From a virus, in the UHGV virus genome UHGV-0204067: a stretch of 39,258 nucleotides of DNA; one strand, 5' to 3'. Below the pieces are notes generated by a model that had not been told where the DNA came from, searched no databases, and saw only the letters and a program-made list of their open reading frames with translations. Shown here piece by piece: positions 26,525-34,784 of the stretch; position 1 is the stretch's first letter, and each line of letters begins with the position of its first letter. The position numbers were made by a program, and so were the translations under genes.

Positions 26525-26782
26525 ATGAGCAAGAAAGCAGACATTTATCAGGTGGTCTACAGGGGAGAGTGGCTGCAGCAGTTTGTTCCAGGGGGATGGG
26601 TTTTCTTTCAGCGTAATGTCGAATATGGCGGTGGCTATTGGCTTGGCAGGACATACGAGAATGTCTTCATGATCGAGTATGAGCGGCCGGTTTCGCTTAA
26701 CGAGGGCATCAAGTTTATCCTTGCGACAATGGCGATAGAACGCAACTCGCCGACATTCGACGATGACTTCGAGCTGGTGTGA
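26525..26782 (+). CDS. SOS-regulated hypothetical protein
   Basis: 85 aa with an AGGTG SD, its own LexA-boxed promoter and a downstream terminator. Confidence 0.8.
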   Translation: MSKKADIYQVVYRGEWLQQFVPGGWVFFQRNVEYGGGYWLGRTYENVFMIEYERPVSLNEGIKFILATMAIERNSPTFDDDFELV

Positions 26783-26828
26783 CGTGTCACACAACATGGA
26801 GTGACAATGAAACAAGGTCACACACGAT

Positions 26829-26851
26829 AAAACCGCCGCTTGGCGGTTTTT
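26829..26851. terminator. Intrinsic (bidirectional) terminator
   Basis: AAAACCGCC-GCTT-GGCGGTTTTT. Confidence 0.8.
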
Positions 26852-26858
26852 CACTGCG

Positions 26859-26884
26859 TGTTATGATATTACCCAGGAGGTAAT
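26859..26884 (+). promoter_or_regulatory. Extended -10 promoter and operator overlapping the terS SD
   Basis: TG-T-TATGAT (26859-26867) followed by ATTACC-CAGGA-GGTAAT (26868-26884), which contains AGGAGG. Confidence 0.75.
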
Positions 26885-26888
26885 TTTT

Positions 26889-27443
26889 ATGGCGAGAGAC
26901 GGTAAGCTTAACGCGCAGATGGAGCGCTTCTGCCAGGAATACATCAAGAACCCGGACAACCAGACCGCGGCGGCGGCTGCTGCAGGATATAAGAATGCGG
27001 CCGTGTCGGCGTCGCGCAACATGGACAACCCGAAGGTGCAGGAGCGCATCGCGGAGCTGATGAAGCAACGCAACAAGCGAACGAAGATCAGCGCTGACTA
27101 TGTGCTTAACCGGCTGATTGAAATCGATCAGATGGACGTGCTGGACATCTTGAATGATGACGGCGGACTTAAGCCAATCAGTGATTGGCCAAAGGTTTGG
27201 CGAACATCATTAAGCGCAATGGATATCAACCGTATCCGCATGGCAGGTAAAGATGGGGACGACGATATTGAATCTACACTGCAGAAAGTTAAATGGCCTG
27301 ACAAGGTGAAGAACCTCGAGCTGATCGGTAAGCATGTCGATGTGCAGGCATTCAAAGACCGGGTGGACGTCAATGTTAACGTGACCCTGGCCGATCGTAT
27401 GGCCAATGCCCGCCGGCGCGCACTGGAGAAAAACACCAAGTGA
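26889..27443 (+). CDS. terS: Terminase small subunit
   Basis: ERFCQEY...N.TAAA..AGY HTH and DKVKNLELIGKH motif; precedes terL. Confidence 0.92.
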   Translation: MARDGKLNAQMERFCQEYIKNPDNQTAAAAAAGYKNAAVSASRNMDNPKVQERIAELMKQRNKRTKISADYVLNRLIEIDQMDVLDILNDDGGLKPISDWPKVWRTSLSAMDINRIRMAGKDGDDDIESTLQKVKWPDKVKNLELIGKHVDVQAFKDRVDVNVNVTLADRMANARRRALEKNTK

Positions 27444-28912
27444 GTGATGACGAAGAACTACTCGAGCAGCAGCTTGTTGAGGATATCGCCAGCTTCACGC
27501 ATGACCCTCATGGCTACGCGCTCTATGCGTTCCCCTGGGGCGAGGAGGGGACCGAGCTGCACGACTCTGCCGGGCCGCGTCAATGGCAGGGTGAAGCATT
27601 CGATGAGATCGGCGCCCACCTTCAAAACCCAGTTACCAGGCACCAACCGCTGCTAATCTGCCGCGCTTCAGGCCACGGCATCGGAAAGTCTGCCTGGATC
27701 TCTATGCTGGTGAAGTGGGGAATGGACACCTGCGAAGATTGCAAGGTGGTGGTGACTGCCAACACCGAAAACCAGTTACGCACCAAGACCTGGCCGGAGA
27801 TCGCCAAGTGGCAGCGCCTATCCATCACCAGCGACTGGTTTAACTGCACGGCTACAGCCATCTATGCCAATGACCCAGCGCATGCAAAATCATGGCGTGC
27901 TGACGCCGTTCCGTGGTCAGAGAACAACACGGAGGCATTCGCCGGTCTGCACAACAAGGGCAAGCGCATCATTCTGATTTTCGATGAGGCATCCAACATT
28001 GCCGATCTGGTGTGGGAGGTTGCCGAGGGCGCGCTGACCGATGAAGGGACAGAGATTATCTGGGTGGCGTTCGGTAACCCGACACGGAACATGGGGCGAT
28101 TCCGTGAGTGCTTCCGCAAGTATCGCCACCGCTGGAAGGGTAAGCAGATCGACAGCCGCACAGTGGAAGGCACGAACAAAGAGCAAATCGCCAAATGGGA
28201 GGAGGACAACGGCGAGGATAGCGACTTCTTCAAAGTGCGTGTGCGCGGGATATTCCCTGACGCCTCTGAGACACAGTTTATCCCAACTGGCCTCACTGAT
28301 GCAGCGCTGGCGCGGGTAGTTACCGAGCGAGATGTGGCGCACGCCCCGACAATCATCGGTGTCGACCCGGCATACTCCGGCGCCGACGACGCAGTGATCT
28401 ACATGCGGCGCGGGCTGCATGCGAAGCTTCTCTGGCGTGGCAGCAAAACCACCGATGACCTGATCATGGCCAAACGCATTGCCGACTTCGAAGACCAGTA
28501 TCACGCTGATGCTGTGCATATCGACTTTGGTTATGGTACTGGCCTGCACTCCATTGGAAGCGGCTGGGGGCGATCATGGACTTTGGTCCCATTCGGTAGT
28601 GCATCGAGCGACCCGCAGATGCTGAATAAGCGCGGAGAGATGTACAACAACGCCAAGACCTGGCTAAAGCTCGGCGGCGCTCTGGATGAACGCGAGACGG
28701 CAGAGGATTTATCGGCGGCTGAATACAAGGTTAGGACGGATGGCAAGATAGTGCTGGAGCCGAAGGAAGACATTAAGGAGCGGCTCGGGCGCTCCCCGGG
28801 TTGTGGTGATGCCTTTGTGCTGACTTTCGCCTATCCGGTTACAAAGCGCCAGCACGCATTGCCCGGCGAGAAGCGCGGCGGGGCGATAACAGACTATGAT
28901 CCATACGCATAA
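27440..28912 (+). CDS. terL: Terminase large subunit
   Basis: Walker A SGHGIGKS, Walker B IFDEAS, GNP coupling motif and nuclease GVDPA..G.D...SP..GDA. Confidence 0.95.
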   Translation: MSDDEELLEQQLVEDIASFTHDPHGYALYAFPWGEEGTELHDSAGPRQWQGEAFDEIGAHLQNPVTRHQPLLICRASGHGIGKSAWISMLVKWGMDTCEDCKVVVTANTENQLRTKTWPEIAKWQRLSITSDWFNCTATAIYANDPAHAKSWRADAVPWSENNTEAFAGLHNKGKRIILIFDEASNIADLVWEVAEGALTDEGTEIIWVAFGNPTRNMGRFRECFRKYRHRWKGKQIDSRTVEGTNKEQIAKWEEDNGEDSDFFKVRVRGIFPDASETQFIPTGLTDAALARVVTERDVAHAPTIIGVDPAYSGADDAVIYMRRGLHAKLLWRGSKTTDDLIMAKRIADFEDQYHADAVHIDFGYGTGLHSIGSGWGRSWTLVPFGSASSDPQMLNKRGEMYNNAKTWLKLGGALDERETAEDLSAAEYKVRTDGKIVLEPKEDIKERLGRSPGCGDAFVLTFAYPVTKRQHALPGEKRGGAITDYDPYA

Positions 28913-28939
28913 AAAAGCCCGCGGTAGCGGGCTATTGTT
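28911..28939. terminator. Terminator between convergent terL and gp49-like gene
   Basis: AAAAAAGCCCGC-GGTA-GCGGGCT. Confidence 0.8.
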
Positions 28940-29312
28940 ATTTGCCTTCGTGCAGTCTCTGTTTGAGCAGATAGCCTTCCAGCGCCCAGATTTTTTGCAC
29001 GGCGTTGGCGCGGGCGATCTGCATGCCGATTTCGGCGTCGAAGTTCTCCGGGCTGGCGCAGGCGCTTTCACCGGTGACGGTGAATCCGTTGCGCAGCACC
29101 AAGGTGCAGATGGTCAATAAATCCAGCGGGGCTAAAATTCGCTCACCTTCGACATATTCGGATTTAATTCTCACGCCGGTAGTTGCCTTGATGGCATCGC
29201 CGACGGTGAAATAGACCTCTGAGCGAATAACGCTCTCGATATGATCAGGCGTCACGCGCGGCGCGGTTTTGCCTTTGGCTTGGATTTCCTGCTCGATTTC
29301 TTTGTCGTTCAT
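28938..29312 (-). CDS. N4 Gp49/Sf6 gp66-family protein
   Basis: APRVT...IE and LTIC.LVL.NGFTVTGESAC.SPENFDAEIG..IA..NA..KIW.LEGYLLK motifs. Start at ATG 29312 with a GAGGA SD. Confidence 0.85.
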   Translation of the reverse strand: MNDKEIEQEIQAKGKTAPRVTPDHIESVIRSEVYFTVGDAIKATTGVRIKSEYVEGERILAPLDLLTICTLVLRNGFTVTGESACASPENFDAEIGMQIARANAVQKIWALEGYLLKQRLHEGK

Positions 29313-29328
29313 CGAATGATTCCTCGTT

Positions 29329-29353
29329 AAAAAAATGCCCGCGCAAGGCGGGC
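29329..29353 (-). terminator. Intrinsic terminator immediately upstream of the gp49-like RBS
   Basis: GCCCGC-CTTGC-GCGGGC-ATTTTTTT on the minus strand. Confidence 0.8.
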
Positions 29354-29481
29354 TAAATCCTACACACAGCATTCCAGGGTGATAACGGTCGCGGCTATCG
29401 TGAAACACCATCCACCAAGTTCCGACACCCACTACAAGTGTTTGCACCTGATTAAGTTCGGATGATGCTTCGCGATAGCGA

Positions 29482-29566
29482 TTGTGGTGGCCGGTGCTGA
29501 TCTCCGGCTTCCGCAGCGTCTCAACATACGGTATATGGGCGCATCAGCCTGCGCATTCACCACAAC
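29482..29566 (-). ncRNA. c4-like antisense RNA (P1 c4 / P4 CI family)
   Basis: GTTGTGGTGAATGCGCAGGCTGATGCGC...GCCGGAGATCAGCACCGGCCACCACAA: terminal stem plus tRNA T-arm-like hairpin typical of the C4 motif. Confidence 0.75.
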
Positions 29567-29710
29567 GGAAAGATCACTAACCCCATTGACCAGCCGGAAC
29601 TATCATGGATTACCAAGCCAATGCTCTTACCTGTTGAATCATCGAGAGCACCGATACCAGTTTTATACCGTGTAGTGTGATAGAAGCTGGCTCGGCTCAC
29701 GCTCTCAATG

Positions 29711-29748
29711 ATTACCATAAAGGTAATTTGTTTTGTTTATAACGTCAA
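29711..29748 (-). promoter_or_regulatory. Leftward promoter with overlapping operator
   Basis: TTGACG (29743-29748)-17 bp-TACCTT (29720-29725), inside ATTACC-ATAAA-GGTAAT (29711-29727). Confidence 0.78.
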
Positions 29749-29809
29749 CAAATTAGTCAAAATAATTCTCATGTGGTTTAATTGGTAATTATTTGGGAGG
29801 GTTACGCGC

Positions 29810-30013
29810 ATGTGCATGAGTACGCCGAAGGTTTCAACGCCACCGCAGCCACAGGCAGCGCCGCAAGCGCAGGATGCTGCAGTGATTGATGCTGCCGATA
29901 GGGATAAGGCTCGACGCCGTGCAGCCGCTGGCCAACAGTCAACAATCCTTACTGGTGCGCAGGGCGCCACAGGCCAAGCCAGCACCACCGGCAAAACTCT
30001 GTTGGGTGGCTGA
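29810..30013 (+). CDS. Small virion-associated protein preceding portal
   Basis: MC...PK..P, RRR..G..STILTG..G and KTLLG motifs, conserved in this position in such podophages. Confidence 0.8.
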   Translation: MCMSTPKVSTPPQPQAAPQAQDAAVIDAADRDKARRRAAAGQQSTILTGAQGATGQASTTGKTLLGG

Positions 30014-30015
30014 TC

Positions 30016-31701
30016 ATGGCTGAGCAGGAATCCCGCAAGCAGTTTCTGGAAAAGCAGCTATCTCAGCTCGTAACCGCGCGGACGTCGTATGACTCGCACT
30101 GGAAAGAACTGAGCGATTTCATCCTGCCAAACTGCGGGCGATTCCTTACAACCGACGCTGGCCGCAACAAGCGCAACACCAAGGTTGTTGATCCAACCGG
30201 CGGCCTTGCATCGCGCACTCTTGAATCTGGCATGTTGTCCGGCATCACCAGCCCGACGCGCCCATGGTTTTCTCTGAGCACTCCCGACAAGCAACTGATG
30301 GATAGCTGGCCAGTCAAGATGTGGCTATCTCAGGTCGTTGAATTGATGAACGACGTGATGAATAAATCAAACTGGTATCAGTCCCTGACGGTGCTCTACC
30401 GCTACCTTGGCACGTTTGCCACTGGTGCGATTTCCATCCTGGAAGATGAAGAGGATGTGATCCGCACGCATGCGCTGCCGATTGGGAGCTACTACATCTC
30501 GAACAGCGATCGCCTGCAGGTCGACACTGTATTCCGCAAATTCTCCATGACCTGCCGCCAGCTGGTGACAAAGTTTGGAAAGGAGAACGTGAGCGATGCC
30601 GTGGCATCCGCATGGGATACCGGCTCGTTTGAAACGTGGTTCGAAGTCGTGCATGCCGTATTGCCGAACAATAACCGCGACACCGGAAAGCTGAACGCGA
30701 AGAACAAGCGTTTCAGTTCGATTTATTACGAACCAGGCGGCTCCGGCGACAAACTGCTGAGCGAGTCTGGTTTCGATGAAATGCCTATCTTGGTGCCGCG
30801 CTGGGACATCAACGGCGAGGATGCATACGGCTCATCATGCCCTGGCATCCTTGCATTGGGCGGCGTTAAAGCGTTGCAGCTTCAGCAGAAGCGCAAAGAC
30901 CAGGCGATCGACAAGTTGGTTAACCCGCCAATGATGGCGCCAAGTTCGATGAAGAATGAACGCCTGTCGTTGCTGCCTGGCGATGTTTCCTACTACAACG
31001 GTGCCGGCGACACGGCTGGATTCAAACCGGTTTACGAAATCAACCCACGAATTCAGGAACTGCTCAGCAGCATTCAAGACGGGCGCCAGCTCGTTAATGA
31101 GTGCTACTTCGTTCCGCTGTTCAACATGTTCAGCAACATCAACACCCGCAGCATGCCGATCGAAGCGGTCAACGAGATGCGCGACGAGAAGATGCTTCAG
31201 ATCGGCCCGGTGCTCGACCGGCTGAATGATGAACTGCTGGACCCGGCTATCGACCGGATTTTCAACATCATGATGCGCCGCGGCATGTTGCCACCGCCTC
31301 CGGATGAACTGCAGGGTCAACCGTTGCGCGTGGAATACACCAGCGTGATGGCACAGGCGCAGAAGTCTGTTGGCATCGGCTCTATTGAGCGCTTTGTCGG
31401 CTTCATCGGGAATATGGCTGCGGCAGGGTTCCAACAGGCCGCTGACAAGCTTGATGTTGATCAGGCGATCGATGAATACGGCGACATGCTTGGCGTACCT
31501 ACGACGATCACCAAGTCCGATGAGCAGGTGCAGGCAGAACGCGAGCAGCGCGCGCAGCAGCAACAGGCAGCGCAGAGCCTGCAGATGGGCGCTGGTGCCG
31601 CGGATATCGCGAAGACTCTCAGCCAATCAGGAACCGCTGACCCTAACTTACTGACCAGCATTCAGCAGGCTATGCAGCAAGGCCAGGGGGCGCAGCAATG
31701 A
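30016..31701 (+). CDS. Portal (head-tail connector)
   Basis: 561 aa; SG.TSP.RPWF, PRW...GE.YG..PG and E....GPVL.RL..ELL.P motifs. Confidence 0.93.
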   Translation: MAEQESRKQFLEKQLSQLVTARTSYDSHWKELSDFILPNCGRFLTTDAGRNKRNTKVVDPTGGLASRTLESGMLSGITSPTRPWFSLSTPDKQLMDSWPVKMWLSQVVELMNDVMNKSNWYQSLTVLYRYLGTFATGAISILEDEEDVIRTHALPIGSYYISNSDRLQVDTVFRKFSMTCRQLVTKFGKENVSDAVASAWDTGSFETWFEVVHAVLPNNNRDTGKLNAKNKRFSSIYYEPGGSGDKLLSESGFDEMPILVPRWDINGEDAYGSSCPGILALGGVKALQLQQKRKDQAIDKLVNPPMMAPSSMKNERLSLLPGDVSYYNGAGDTAGFKPVYEINPRIQELLSSIQDGRQLVNECYFVPLFNMFSNINTRSMPIEAVNEMRDEKMLQIGPVLDRLNDELLDPAIDRIFNIMMRRGMLPPPPDELQGQPLRVEYTSVMAQAQKSVGIGSIERFVGFIGNMAAAGFQQAADKLDVDQAIDEYGDMLGVPTTITKSDEQVQAEREQRAQQQQAAQSLQMGAGAADIAKTLSQSGTADPNLLTSIQQAMQQGQGAQQ

Positions 31702-31997
31702 TGACTCGCGAGCAACTCCAACAGCGCCACGCTGACGATGTGAAGAAGGTGATGGCAACAGAGAGTGGCCGCCGTTTTGTGTGGGGGCTTCTCGATCAGG
31801 CCGGTGTGTTTCGCATCTCATTCACCGGCGAAGTCAATAGCACAATTTTCAATGAAGGTAACCGCAATTCAGGGCTGGCGCTATTCAACGACGTGTTGAA
31901 GTTCTGCCCTGAACTGTACCTAAAGATGGCCGCCGAGGCCGAGAAAGACAGAGAGGCTAATCATGGCAACACAACGCCAGAAAGTGATCCGGAATGA
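31698..31997 (+). CDS. Conserved podophage protein (Bbp19-like)
   Basis: GRRFVW.LL..AGVF and FNEG.RN.GL motifs. Confidence 0.8.
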   Translation: MMTREQLQQRHADDVKKVMATESGRRFVWGLLDQAGVFRISFTGEVNSTIFNEGNRNSGLALFNDVLKFCPELYLKMAAEAEKDREANHGNTTPESDPE

Positions 31998-32229
31998 CGG
32001 CGGCGTGCAAGTCGTTAAGGTTCTGAGCGGCGGCGGTTCTTCCGTTGCTTGGGGTGACATTACCGGCAAACCAACCACCTTCGCGCCGCCGGCGGCATCC
32101 GCTTCTGTAGTCGGCGGCGTGAAGCAGGCTGCAACCCAGGCTAACTCAACCGCAACAGATGCGGCTGGGCTGGTAACTGACTTTAACGCTCTGCTGGCCA
32201 AGTTGAAGGCCGCGGGGATCATGGCTTAA
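31963..32229 (+). CDS. Head fiber/decoration-like protein
   Basis: W.DITGKP.TF and GGVKQAA...DFNALLAKLKAAG motifs; GAGG SD. Confidence 0.72.
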   Translation: MATQRQKVIRNDGGVQVVKVLSGGGSSVAWGDITGKPTTFAPPAASASVVGGVKQAATQANSTATDAAGLVTDFNALLAKLKAAGIMA

Positions 32230-32239
32230 GAGGCAACGC

Positions 32240-32950
32240 ATGAACTTTTTCGAACGTTTGATGTATCGCCGTCTGTGCTCTGAAGCTTCGCCTGAAGGCG
32301 GTGATGGTGGCGCAGCCCCTGCAGCAATCAGCGATAACCCGGCAGCAGATGCCAATGCAGATAATCCGGGGGAAGGTGACAACCCGGAAGGCGAAGGAAA
32401 GCAGGAAGGCAGCAAGACGGCCGAAGAACTCGCAGCAGAAAAAGACGCGAAAGAGAAAGCCGATAAGGAAGCTGCGGAAGAAGCGGAAAAGGATAAGAAA
32501 CCCGCGGCGCCGGAGAAATACGAGTTCACTCCGCCGGAAGGCCAGGAACTGGATGCCAATGCTCTGGCTGTGTTTGAGCCGATCGCCAAAGAGCTGGGAT
32601 TGAGTCAAGAGCAGGCGCAAAAGCTGGTCGACATCTATCCGCAGATCCAGCAGCAGCAGGCAGAAGCCTGGAGCAAGCAAGTTTCGGATTGGGGTGAGCA
32701 GGTCAAGGCCGACAAAGAAATCGGCGGCGACAAGTTCAACGCCAGTGTAGGCGCCGCGCAGCGCGCGCTGGATCAGTTCGGCAACCCGGAGTTGCGCGAA
32801 TACCTGAATGCGAGCGGCCTGGGTAATCACCCGGCACTGGTTCGCTTCTGTGCAAAAGTCGGCAAGGCGATGGCTGAAGACAGCTTCGTCGTGCCAGGTC
32901 AAGGCGGTCAGCGTAGCGCGGCCGACATTCTCTACGGTAATAAGGAGTAA
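32240..32950 (+). CDS. Capsid scaffolding protein
   Basis: Acidic N-terminus, APEKYEF, LGLSQEQAQKL and GLGNHP..VR motifs; directly upstream of the capsid gene. Confidence 0.8.
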   Translation: MNFFERLMYRRLCSEASPEGGDGGAAPAAISDNPAADANADNPGEGDNPEGEGKQEGSKTAEELAAEKDAKEKADKEAAEEAEKDKKPAAPEKYEFTPPEGQELDANALAVFEPIAKELGLSQEQAQKLVDIYPQIQQQQAEAWSKQVSDWGEQVKADKEIGGDKFNASVGAAQRALDQFGNPELREYLNASGLGNHPALVRFCAKVGKAMAEDSFVVPGQGGQRSAADILYGNKE

Positions 32951-32956
32951 CATCGA

Positions 32957-33940
32957 ATGGCTATTAAAGGCACTAACGCGCTGACGCTGGCAGACCACGC
33001 AAAGCGCATGGACCCGGACGGGAAGATCCCCGCAATCGTTGAGTTGCTTTCACAAACCAACCCTATTCTGACCGATATGGTTTATGTGGAAGGTAACTTG
33101 CCAACTGGTCACCGAACTACGATCCGAACCGGTTTGCCGGCTGCTGCCTGGCGCCTGTTGAACTACGGCGTTCAGCCAAGCAAATCGACCACCGCGCAGG
33201 TTACTGACTCATGCGGGATGCTTGAGGCGTATGCAGAAGTTGATAAAGCATTGGCCGATCTGAACGGGAATACCAATGCTTTCCGTTTATCTGAAGATCA
33301 GGCCTTCCTTGAGGCCATGAACCAGCAGATGGCAGAAACCCTGTTCTACGGTGACACTCGCATCAACCCACAGCGTTTTACCGGCCTGTCCGCGCGTTAC
33401 AACGACCTGACCGCCAAGAACGCTCAGAACATTATCGATGCGGGCGGCACTGGATCTAATCTCACCTCAATCTGGCTGGTTGTGTGGGGCACTAACACAG
33501 TGCACGGCATCTTCCCTAAAGGCCAGGCGGCTGGCCTGAGCCACAAAGACAAGGGCGAGGTTACTCTCGAAGATGCTGAGAAAGGCAAGTATGAAGGCTA
33601 CCGCACTCACTACAAGTGGGACAATGGCCTGACTGTTCGTGACTGGCGCTATGTGGTGCGCATTGCCAACATCGATACGACCAAGCTGGGAGCCGACGAC
33701 GGCCCGAACCTGGCCACGCTGATGGTGCAGGCTCTGCATCGCATCCCTAACCTACAGATGGGCAACGCAGTGTTCTATATGAACCGCGATGCAGCTGAAT
33801 ACCTGGACATTCAGGCAACTGAAAAAGCCTCTCTGGCGATCAGCGTTAAAGAAACCGAAGGCGTGTGGTGGACTTCGTTCCGCGGCGTGCCAGTTCGCAC
33901 CTGCGATGCTCTGCTGAGCACTGAATCGCAGGTTCAATAA
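32957..33940 (+). CDS. Major capsid protein (epsilon15 gp7/BPP-1 type)
   Basis: IVELL..TN.IL.D...EGN...H.TT.RTGLP, DWRYVVRIANID and FRGVPVR..DAL motifs. Confidence 0.93.
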   Translation: MAIKGTNALTLADHAKRMDPDGKIPAIVELLSQTNPILTDMVYVEGNLPTGHRTTIRTGLPAAAWRLLNYGVQPSKSTTAQVTDSCGMLEAYAEVDKALADLNGNTNAFRLSEDQAFLEAMNQQMAETLFYGDTRINPQRFTGLSARYNDLTAKNAQNIIDAGGTGSNLTSIWLVVWGTNTVHGIFPKGQAAGLSHKDKGEVTLEDAEKGKYEGYRTHYKWDNGLTVRDWRYVVRIANIDTTKLGADDGPNLATLMVQALHRIPNLQMGNAVFYMNRDAAEYLDIQATEKASLAISVKETEGVWWTSFRGVPVRTCDALLSTESQVQ

Positions 33941-33993
33941 TCCCGGCTGAGCCGCCGGGTGCGGCTCTCCTTTCTCACTGATGGAGAGACAAA

Positions 33994-34440
33994 ATGATCC
34001 TCGACTATCTGAATATGTTCTCGCAGGCGCAGGCTGTTACGGCAACCGCGCCTTCTACTGATGTTATCGACCTCGGGCCACTGTATGCAGGTAATGATGT
34101 GCGCGATATCGGCCCTGGCTACCCGGTTGAGTTCATCGCCCAGGTGGCTTCCACTGCCGCGGCTGGCGGTTCCGCTACCGTAACGATCAGCCTGCAAACC
34201 TCCAAGACCAGCGATTTCGCCAGTGCAACCACACTGCTGCAGACCGGTGCAATCGCAGTTGCTGATCTGAAGGTTGGTTATCGCTACTTGGCCACTGTTC
34301 CACATGGTGTGCAGCGCTATCTGCGCGTCAACTACACCGTGGCCACTGGCCCGTTGACCGCCGGTACTTTCACTGCTGGCCTGCTGCTGGATGCTGATGC
34401 ACAACGCAGCTATGCAAGCGCCTTCAACATCACTGTTTAA
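33994..34440 (+). CDS. Capsid cement protein (Bbp16-like)
   Basis: MILD....FS..QAVTATA.ST.VIDL and RYLR.NYTV..GP.TAG motifs. Confidence 0.8.
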   Translation: MILDYLNMFSQAQAVTATAPSTDVIDLGPLYAGNDVRDIGPGYPVEFIAQVASTAAAGGSATVTISLQTSKTSDFASATTLLQTGAIAVADLKVGYRYLATVPHGVQRYLRVNYTVATGPLTAGTFTAGLLLDADAQRSYASAFNITV

Positions 34441-34451
34441 CGGGGCGTGAC

Positions 34452-34745
34452 ATGTCACAACTGAAAATGTACCGCGTCACACGGAAGTCATTCATCAACG
34501 GGCATCTGCTGGAAGAGGGCGACACAATCGAATACGGCGGCAAGGCTGGCGACAACCTGCAGCTGATCGATGGTGATGGCAATCTGCTGGAAGAGGGCGG
34601 CGGCGACAACGACGACAGCGCGAAGCTGGCCGCACTGCAGCAGCAGTATGAAGAAATCTTTGGCGTTAAGCCGCACCACAATGCCGGGGTTGCAAAGCTG
34701 ACCTCCGACATTGAAACCAAGCGCAAAGAGTTAGGCATCAACTAA
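34452..34745 (+). CDS. Hypothetical virion-morphogenesis protein
   Basis: YRV...SFI.G.L..EG..IEY and a C-terminal YEE.FG.KPH small helical domain. Confidence 0.75.
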   Translation: MSQLKMYRVTRKSFINGHLLEEGDTIEYGGKAGDNLQLIDGDGNLLEEGGGDNDDSAKLAALQQQYEEIFGVKPHHNAGVAKLTSDIETKRKELGIN

Positions 34746-34746
34746 C

Positions 34747-34770
34747 AAAGGGGCTTCGGCCCCTTTCTTT
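34747..34770 (+). terminator. Intrinsic terminator after the head genes
   Basis: AAAGGGGC-TTCG-GCCCCTTT-CTTT with a UUCG tetraloop. Confidence 0.85.
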
Positions 34771-34784
34771 CCTGGAGTCCTCGC

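Noticed and set aside
29313..29447. N-terminal extension of the Gp49-like ORF given in the ORF track
   Set aside because: It runs through a terminator and structured RNA; the ATG at 29312 has a proper SD and matches the family start.
29482..29566. tRNA gene
   Set aside because: It has an acceptor-like stem and T-arm-like hairpin but no canonical D or anticodon arms; it fits a c4-type RNA better.
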